The notes under the pieces were generated by a model. That model was not told where the DNA came from and searched no databases. It saw nothing but the letters and a program-made list of their open reading frames with translations. DNA of 52,877 bases from Desulfobacterales bacterium (GTDB lineage Bacteria; Desulfobacterota; Desulfobacteria; Desulfobacterales; UBA5852). The position numbers and the translations under genes were made by a program. Below are positions 9,115 to 15,464 of this stretch, piece after piece. Positions within the stretch are counted from its first letter, which is position 1. Every line of letters starts with the position of its first letter. The stretch spans positions 1 to 52,877 of the forward strand of contig JASJED010000001.1 of assembly GCA_030065585.1 (NCBI GenBank), in the 5' to 3' direction.

Positions 9115-10788
9115 TCAGAGGAAATAGAAACCGAGGGTCACGTCGTATCGATCCGAGCCCTTGAACTGACAGCCGACGGTGTCCTTGTGAACAGATTTCA
9201 CCTCGGCCGGTTTCTTGATCAGGGTTTTACTGCTGTTGTCGAGATAAAACCGCAGCTGGAGCTGATCACCGCACCGAAGCCGACCGGCTTTGTCCGAGGT
9301 GAAGTTTAAACCGGTCTTGGAAAGGTTGGTCACCACCATGGGGCCCCAGACGTTATCAATTTTCAATTTATTGATATCGTTTACATCCTGCGCAAAAATG
9401 CCTTCCAGGCAAACGGCCTTGCGATAGGATTGGCGCATTTCGCGGATAATCCGAAAAATACAGCGACAGGGACAGTTGACATTTAAGACCGAGCCCATTT
9501 TCTCAAATACCGCTGGCGCAACCATTTCCTGGCGGCCGCATTTCGGGCAGGTCATCATGTAATTACCGTCCTTGGCCGCAAAAACACGCAGGTCGTCAAC
9601 GCCAGCCTGATCCGCACCGGAAGTTATTTGCATTCGCGACGGGGCTTCGTCCGCCGACGGCCCGCCATCCTCCTCGATAATGATTTCGACGTCTTCGATA
9701 TCAATGATTTCGGTTTGCGGCTGATCCAGGGACGCATCGGCGGCAGTGGAAACCGGAGCGGGGGGGGGCTGGATAATCCTGCGGCCGGTGCGGGCATGCG
9801 GCAGCGTATCCGCCATGAGACGCCCGGCCAGCTTGACCAGAAAGATGGCGTGGCGCGGCCAGCGGAATTTTTTCTTCGTTGCCAGGCCAATAACACCGAC
9901 CGGTTTCTTTTGACCATAAATCATTTGGCACAGGATAGCCCCCGCATCGAGATGATGCCAGGTACGCCAGATATTGCGTTCCGGGCGTGGCAGCATGCTA
10001 ATATCGTCGACGACGTAAGGCGGCGCCTTGAGCAACTTTTCAATTATCGGACGAACACGGTTGATGGCCAATGAAGAAGCCCTCGGACGCGCATATCCTG
10101 CGGCCGAAGCGTGCCATTGAAATTCGGAGACCAGGCGTTTGCGTTGCATGTCGATCCGGGCGATGAAACCGTAGTGCGCTTCCGAAATCAGTCCGATTTT
10201 TTTTAACAGGCCGCCGATGGTTTCCCCCCGAACGATGCTGCCCGAGGGGTGAAAAGCGTCGGTCAGGGACCCCACCAGTTCAATAATATCCTGTTTCTCC
10301 TGAAGGGAGGATAGGGTTTGGCGGTGATCGGTGACATCGCTGATTTCCATCCTGATTCGCAGGGCTTTACCGTCGTGATCATTCAACAGGCGCAATACGA
10401 GTTGGGTGTGGATGACGCTGTCTTTGTCGAGATTAAGCTCGATTTCCAGATTCTGGCGCTGGGACGAACGAATCAATTCGTTCCAGTGAGAATAGAAAAG
10501 CACCAGATCATCGATGTTTACGAACAGCGCGAACGGCTTGCCGTTGATGCTGCGGCCTTTCTGATTCAGTAAATTCAAAGCGGTGGCATCGGCCTCCAGG
10601 ATCAGACCGGCACGGTCCAGCAGTAAGGTCCCGACATCAGACAGATTACGGCCGCATTGACCGCAGAAAATGAAGAAGGGGGGATTGATGGTGCCGCATT
10701 CGGAGCAGAGGTTCTTGAGCTGGCGGCCGCAGCCACCGCAATAATTCTGCCCCTCGGTTGTCGCGGTTCCACATTGAGGGCATTTCAT
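9115..10788 (-). CDS. multidomain signalling protein: double zinc ribbon - PAS - GAF - zinc ribbon - PilZ
   Basis: ORF 9115..10905. CPQCG..CGGCG and CSECG..CGQCG form the N-terminal ribbons. A PAS-like block (LDRAGLILEADATALNLL...) and a GAF-like block (GFIARID...VGVIGLATKKK) follow. The C-terminus carries RQSYR (RxxxR) and NLSKTG ((D/N)xSxxG) PilZ motifs. The start at MKCPQCG (10788) is preferred over the TTG at 10905 but is uncertain. Confidence 0.8.
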   Translation of the reverse strand: MKCPQCGTATTEGQNYCGGCGRQLKNLCSECGTINPPFFIFCGQCGRNLSDVGTLLLDRAGLILEADATALNLLNQKGRSINGKPFALFVNIDDLVLFYSHWNELIRSSQRQNLEIELNLDKDSVIHTQLVLRLLNDHDGKALRIRMEISDVTDHRQTLSSLQEKQDIIELVGSLTDAFHPSGSIVRGETIGGLLKKIGLISEAHYGFIARIDMQRKRLVSEFQWHASAAGYARPRASSLAINRVRPIIEKLLKAPPYVVDDISMLPRPERNIWRTWHHLDAGAILCQMIYGQKKPVGVIGLATKKKFRWPRHAIFLVKLAGRLMADTLPHARTGRRIIQPPPAPVSTAADASLDQPQTEIIDIEDVEIIIEEDGGPSADEAPSRMQITSGADQAGVDDLRVFAAKDGNYMMTCPKCGRQEMVAPAVFEKMGSVLNVNCPCRCIFRIIREMRQSYRKAVCLEGIFAQDVNDINKLKIDNVWGPMVVTNLSKTGLNFTSDKAGRLRCGDQLQLRFYLDNSSKTLIKKPAEVKSVHKDTVGCQFKGSDRYDVTLGFYFL

Positions 10789-10935
10789 ACAAATACTAAT
10801 AATCAAAGCCGCCTTCGGAAGCAAGCACCGGCGATGAGACCGTTCCGCATGGTCTGGTGCGAACACCTTTTTCAAAAGCGGTGGCGGATCCTTTTTCTTT
10901 GTCAACGGTGATCGGAACTGCTAAAAGGACGCGTT

Positions 10936-11544
10936 ATGCAACGGGCGTTTTATCGAATCGTGGTTATCGTGCTGGTCACGATGCTGTCAGCAACGAACCT
11001 CTGGGCCCAGGGTGCCATAAGCCCCGAGGCGGCCTATCGACGGTACATCGGTGCCCTTTTTCGTGCTGATCCGGATCAGGTTATGGCGGTCATTACCGGA
11101 AAACCGGACCAGATGGCTTTCATTCGCACCTTTATCGACTGTGTTCGGGCCAGCAACGCTTTCCGGGAAAAATACATCGCCGCTTATGGACACGCTGAAT
11201 GGGAGAAATTCGCTCAGGATGAACCCGGTGCTGATGCCAGGGCGTTTCGACTACCCGGAAAAATCCCCCTTGCGACCTACCGTGAGCTTTTAGAACGGAA
11301 ACCCGTTCAGCAGGGCCACCATTACATCGTCCATGGAGAAAGTGGTGATCTGCGGATCGTTCAGCAGGAGGGCAAATGGTATCTGGTGGCCAAATCCCTG
11401 GGCTTTGAGGGACGGAAGGCGCAATACGATCTTCTGGCCGCTGTGCTGCGCGAATACATGACGCGAATCGGCGCACCCGGATTAACGCCCTCAGAGATCA
11501 GGGTGGCCGTGAAAAAGGCAATTCAGCAGACGGGGCTGTGGTGA
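10936..11544 (+). CDS. exported hypothetical protein
   Basis: Signal-peptide-like N-terminus MQRAFYRIVVIVLVTMLSATNLWAQG. No recognisable domain. Confidence 0.7.
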   Translation: MQRAFYRIVVIVLVTMLSATNLWAQGAISPEAAYRRYIGALFRADPDQVMAVITGKPDQMAFIRTFIDCVRASNAFREKYIAAYGHAEWEKFAQDEPGADARAFRLPGKIPLATYRELLERKPVQQGHHYIVHGESGDLRIVQQEGKWYLVAKSLGFEGRKAQYDLLAAVLREYMTRIGAPGLTPSEIRVAVKKAIQQTGLW

Positions 11545-11551
11545 ACAAGAT

Positions 11552-11621
11552 TGCTTGCGACAATAAACGGATAACAACCATCACAGGAACTCGATGGGGG
11601 GCTGTTATCCGTCAGCAAGCA
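11552..11621. other. long three-tier hairpin between convergent genes (possible bidirectional terminator)
   Basis: Nested inverted repeats: TGCTTGC/GCAAGCA (11552-58 / 11615-21), ACGGATAACA/TGTTATCCGT (11567-76 / 11603-12) and inner CCATC/GATGG. Confidence 0.35.
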
Positions 11622-11692
11622 CCGCAAGCAGGTAGGCCAAGCCATCGATGACGGTTGACCTACCTGAATAAGCGGATCCGGTCACTGCGGTA

Positions 11693-12292
11693 TCAGTGAT
11701 CCACCCTACGCCGCCAGGCCACCAAACCCATGAACCCGCTGGCCACCAGCCACAGACTTCCCGGAATGGGTGTGTGCACGGAAGCCGGTTCGATATCCGT
11801 GACCAACCAGGCAAAATTCCCTCCGAAATCATTGGGAATGACCTGAGAAGCCAAAAAATTAAACTCCCAGCCACTTAGGAAGCCAATGCCCCACGGGTCT
11901 TCAAAAGGCGTGGCCCAATAACCTCCTGACAGTATGATCAGATCGCCACTGCTGTCCTCCAATTCATCGGCATAGGCGTGATCATTCAGATAGGCGCTGT
12001 AGTAGTCATTGTACATCACCCACATCTCGTCATAGCTCGGCAAGCGCCAGGCACTGTGCCCCGAAGGATTATTGGCTGGATGTGCGCCGGCGTTGAGTTC
12101 ATCGATCCAAGACAATGTAGGACCACCATTCAAAGTACGGCCGTTTAAATCCGTGTCGCGCGACCAGTAGATCCCGTTTGTGTTGTCCCAAAGGAAATCT
12201 TGGTTGAATACTTCAAGCGCTGCCTGGGACGGCATCACCATCAGCGACAGAAGCAACACAGCTCCCCCCGTAACCGAAAGTAACCTGGTCAT
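11693..12292 (-). CDS. exported DUF1566 (Lcl C-terminal-like) protein with PEP-CTERM-type sorting tail
   Basis: Signal peptide MTRLLSVTGGAVLLLSLMVMPSQA. SAWRLPSYDEM is typical of DUF1566. The C-terminal TPIPGSLWLVASGFMGLVAWRRR has the P-x-P, hydrophobic helix and Arg-cluster pattern. Confidence 0.75.
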   Translation of the reverse strand: MTRLLSVTGGAVLLLSLMVMPSQAALEVFNQDFLWDNTNGIYWSRDTDLNGRTLNGGPTLSWIDELNAGAHPANNPSGHSAWRLPSYDEMWVMYNDYYSAYLNDHAYADELEDSSGDLIILSGGYWATPFEDPWGIGFLSGWEFNFLASQVIPNDFGGNFAWLVTDIEPASVHTPIPGSLWLVASGFMGLVAWRRRVDH

Positions 12293-12366
12293 CTTCTTTC
12301 CCTCTCTACCGTATTGGGTTTGATCGTGTGCCTGACTGAATTGAAGTGTCTGTTAATAGAGCAAGT

Positions 12367-12375
12367 ATTATACCA
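12367..12375 (-). promoter_or_regulatory. candidate extended -10 promoter element (TGGTATAAT on minus strand) for the PEP-CTERM gene
   Basis: The reverse complement of 12367-12375 reads TGGTATAAT, about 75 nt upstream of the ATG at 12292. It is flanked by the inverted repeat CATTGGA-N14-TCCAATG (12374-12401). Confidence 0.35.
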
Positions 12376-12584
12376 TTGGATCGATTCTTGATATTCCAAT
12401 GCTTTTAGGTAGTTAAATTTAATGTGCCTGGATATCGATTCACCGCTGACAATATTTGTCAGTCAGCACTGACAAATCTCATCACCGGGGCAGGGAAGCC
12501 ATTGGCAATGCAGCGATTGCCGATGGATGGGAAAAACCAATTAGGCCGTCGGCATACTCCGGGATCACCGGAACCGCGGACGTC

Positions 12585-13211
12585 TCAGGAGGCTGGATGG
12601 GCCCTGGCGTTTAGCCGCGCAATCAATTGGGCGGGGGTGTCGCTGAGGAGCAGCCAGCGGAACTGAGCGCGGTAATTCTTCACCGTACTGATCCCCAGCG
12701 CACTGATATCGCATATCTTCCAATCGCCTTGGCGTTTGACCATAGAGATATTGAAGGTAAATTTGCGGTTGAGCCACATAAAATACGCTTCCACGTCCGC
12801 GCGCGAAGGTGATTTCAGGTTCTGCCGAACAAAATAAACCCTTTCGCCATTGTATCTTTCCACGAGGCGCGGGACATAGGTACGTCGCAGAAAACCCGTA
12901 AAGGCGTTCGTGAATTCATTCTGTTGCGCTGGCGTGAATTCGTCCCAGCGGGAACCCAGCACCATCCGGGATATGAGCTCATAATCAAAAATCTGACTCG
13001 AAAGCAGCCAGAGTTTTTCCTCTTTTTCCGCCCAGCGTTCCGGCGCGGCAAGTTCCGTATCGTCTAAAAGCCGATTCCCCTCCTCAAACTTTATCCGCAG
13101 GGTTTCTAGCGCATTGTCGCCATCGGCCGACAACGACGGTACCCGCAAGCTGAGTGTCAATACCAGCATGATCGCCGTCAGGATCTTATTTTGGACCGTT
13201 ATTTTTTCCAT
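12585..13211 (-). CDS. MlaC/Ttg2D-family phospholipid-binding periplasmic protein
   Basis: IFDYELISRMVLGSRWDEFTPAQQNEFTNAFTGFLRRTYV...GDWKICDISALGISTVKNYRAQF matches the MlaC (toluene tolerance Ttg2D) pattern. A signal peptide is present. The ATG at 13211 is preceded by AGGAA. Confidence 0.85.
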   Translation of the reverse strand: MEKITVQNKILTAIMLVLTLSLRVPSLSADGDNALETLRIKFEEGNRLLDDTELAAPERWAEKEEKLWLLSSQIFDYELISRMVLGSRWDEFTPAQQNEFTNAFTGFLRRTYVPRLVERYNGERVYFVRQNLKSPSRADVEAYFMWLNRKFTFNISMVKRQGDWKICDISALGISTVKNYRAQFRWLLLSDTPAQLIARLNARAHPAS

Positions 13212-13255
13212 GCTCAATTCCTAAAGCTTATTTATTTTTCTAAAACCAGTGCAAC

Positions 13256-13531
13256 TTAATCAATCGCTTGAAACGCCGCAGCCAAGGCCCGGGCGGCCTG
13301 CCCAAAAACGGGGCGCAAACTGGTTTCAGGGACGGATCGATTTACGAAATCTTGAGAAATCGCAGTGGCGATCGCTTCCTGATTGTCGATCAGAATCGAT
13401 TCCCGTTTGGATAGCAATTCATGGCGTTCCACCCATGAAATAGGTGGCTGTTTACGACTGGCCTTATGTTGTTTATCGAAAAGACCTCGCGCTGCGGAAT
13501 GAATGCTATTTATTTTGGCTGTCTGAATCAT
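13256..13531 (-). pseudogene. possible N-terminal remnant of an aldehyde dehydrogenase (coniferyl-aldehyde-DH-like)
   Basis: The 91-aa ORF ...PPISWVERHELLSKRESILIDNQEAIATAISQDFVNRSVPETSL... resembles the first ~80 residues of ALDH-family enzymes (...AI..DFG.RS..ET..). The catalytic body, about 400 aa, is absent. Confidence 0.35.
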
Positions 13532-13641
13532 GGTGTCTTTTACATTTCGGGCGGTACATGGGGATATTCATAAGGCGTTTTCTCGATATTTCAAGAACCA
13601 TCGGCCACACCACCAAAGCATACGCCCCATGATCAGGAAAT

Positions 13642-13670
13642 GAAAAAGCCACCTGAAATCACAGGTGGCT
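13642..13670 (-). terminator. rho-independent terminator after the second PEP-CTERM gene
   Basis: Perfect 9-bp stem AGCCACCTG / CAGGTGGCT (13647-55 / 13662-70). It is followed on the minus strand by TTTTT (13646-13642), about 35 nt downstream of the stop at 13704. Confidence 0.7.
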
Positions 13671-13703
13671 TGAGATGAAAACAACGTTGGATGGTAGCAG
13701 CTA

Positions 13704-14225
13704 TTAGGGGAGCATGCGTTTCCTCCGACGGATTCCCGCAACCGCCAGGAGTCCGGAGGCCATCAACCAGACCGTCCCGCCGATGGGATTGGGAACTGTG
13801 GAAGTGAAATTGTCGTTCCACGTCCAACTGGCGGTGCCGGCATTCCATAGGCCGGTGCCCGCATCAACGATCAGGCCATCCAACAGAAAAGCGTATTCCA
13901 TGGCAAAATCCGTTTGGTTGTCGCTGACATTGACGGTGAAATAACCTTGATTCCACCAATTGGTGCCAAAAGCCTCGCCGGAAGCCGACAGCACATGATC
14001 CTGCAACATATCCGTGTTCCATGGATCTCCCAAGATAGGCGGATTGACAACTGACCAGGGCGCCAACACCCATCCCTGGAAGGTCACATCGCCCGCCGTA
14101 TCCAGCATGAGGTAGATTTGATCGGTTCTGGTATCGTTGACAAAGGTATCCAAAGGGGCGGCCCCGCCAGATGATGTGAACATCAGCAGGCCGAGAATAA
14201 GTAAAACGATCAATTTAGCTTTCAT
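13704..14225 (-). CDS. exported hypothetical protein with PEP-CTERM-type sorting tail
   Basis: ORF 13704..14261. Start at MKAKLIVLLILGLLMF (14225, GAGGA upstream). C-terminal tail VPNPIGGTVWLMASGLLAVAGIRRRKR. Confidence 0.7.
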   Translation of the reverse strand: MKAKLIVLLILGLLMFTSSGGAAPLDTFVNDTRTDQIYLMLDTAGDVTFQGWVLAPWSVVNPPILGDPWNTDMLQDHVLSASGEAFGTNWWNQGYFTVNVSDNQTDFAMEYAFLLDGLIVDAGTGLWNAGTASWTWNDNFTSTVPNPIGGTVWLMASGLLAVAGIRRRKRMLP

Positions 14226-14751
14226 TTTCTTTAGATCCTCGAGCTGTATTGGTTTGTGCATTCCTTTTTTATCTTTCTTTACAGCGATGATGATATTAGC
14301 AAAAATAAGGCCTAATCGTCTTTCCGAGCATGTTGGGCCTGATTGAACTTGGGGAAAATTTATATATTGCTAAAATTATTGTTAAATTTTTGGGGCTTCG
14401 GCCAAGGACCTCGTGTTGGCGACCCTTGCCGTGACCGATAGACAGCAGGTAACCGTTAAAAAACCTCAGGAGACAATAAAATATTTTTATGGCCTATTAG
14501 CGCGTGCCATAAAATTATATTACGATCCTCCAGCTCTTTTCATTTGCTGAAACCGCGAAAATGAACGTGCCGCCGAAATATCGGCATTTTAATCACTGGC
14601 AACCGTGAAATCCTTGATGATCACTTACCGGCGACCCGGCGCCCTCGACGCGGACTTGATATCACTTGCGTTTCGGAGTATGAACGATGCTGAATAATTT
14701 GCGCGGGGCCCATCAATACGGGCACCCAAATGATGAGTTATGTCATAGGCC

Positions 14752-14790
14752 AACGCCACCCAGACTCAGTCGGGGTGGCGTTTCTCGTTG
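14752..14790 (+). terminator. intrinsic-terminator-like hairpin directly upstream of the pabA RBS (candidate attenuator)
   Basis: AACGCCACCC (14752-61) pairs with GGGTGGCGTT (14773-82). TTCTCGTT follows, then GGGAGG and the pabA ATG at 14803. There is no same-strand gene upstream. Confidence 0.5.
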
Positions 14791-14802
14791 GGGAGGATCG
14801 TT

Positions 14803-15444
14803 ATGGCAGCACGCCTGCTGGTGATCGACAACTATGATTCCTTTACTTATAACCTGGTCCAGATGTTCATGCTTTACGATTTGGATATCCAAGTCTTCCG
14901 CTCCGATCGGCTTTCCCTCGAAACCGCCGAGCGGCTGGTCCCGGACTATCTCCTCATCAGCCCCGGCCCACGGGGACCGGCCCATGCCGGACTTTCCATA
15001 CCGCTGATCCACGCCTGGTATCGCACCATCCCGGTGCTGGGGGTTTGCCTCGGGATGCAATGCCTCAACGAAGCCTTCGGCGGACGGACGGTTCGGGCCC
15101 CGCAGCCGCGTCATGGCAAAACAAGTCCGGTGCACCATGGTGGCCAAGCCCTTTTTCAGGGAATCGACAGCCCTTTCCAAGCTGCTCGCTATCACTCTCT
15201 AATGGTCGATGTGCATTCGGAGATATTACAGATTACAGCTTTCAGCGATGACGACGTGCCGATGGGCCTCTCCCATCCCGAATATCCGCTGCATGGTGTC
15301 CAATTTCATCCGGAGAGCTTCTTGACCCCGGATGGTCGCATCATTATTGAAAATTTCCTTGGGTTGGGCGCCTTGGAGAATCGGGAACCAATGCGGGACG
15401 ACGCCAACCCGCCGCGCGCCAGAGCGCAACTGACCATTCATTAG
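14803..15444 (+). CDS. pabA: aminodeoxychorismate/anthranilate synthase component II (glutamine amidotransferase)
   Basis: LLVIDNYDSFTYNLVQ, PVLGVCLGMQ (catalytic Cys) and HGVQFHPES are class-I GATase TrpG/PabA motifs. Start at MAARLLVID after GGGAGG. Confidence 0.9.
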   Translation: MAARLLVIDNYDSFTYNLVQMFMLYDLDIQVFRSDRLSLETAERLVPDYLLISPGPRGPAHAGLSIPLIHAWYRTIPVLGVCLGMQCLNEAFGGRTVRAPQPRHGKTSPVHHGGQALFQGIDSPFQAARYHSLMVDVHSEILQITAFSDDDVPMGLSHPEYPLHGVQFHPESFLTPDGRIIIENFLGLGALENREPMRDDANPPRARAQLTIH

Positions 15445-15464
15445 ATTCCGCCAACCGGTTAAAT

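Noticed and set aside
14590-14670. A possible ZTP (pfl-type) riboswitch in the pabA leader. ACUGGCAA ... ACCGGCGACCCGGCGCCC vaguely resembles the ZTP core.
   Set aside because: The conserved 3' pseudoknot element (CCGCCUGGGC-like) and the GGGUCGUGA element are not present. The similarity is too weak by eye, so the region is kept only as an unassigned leader finding.
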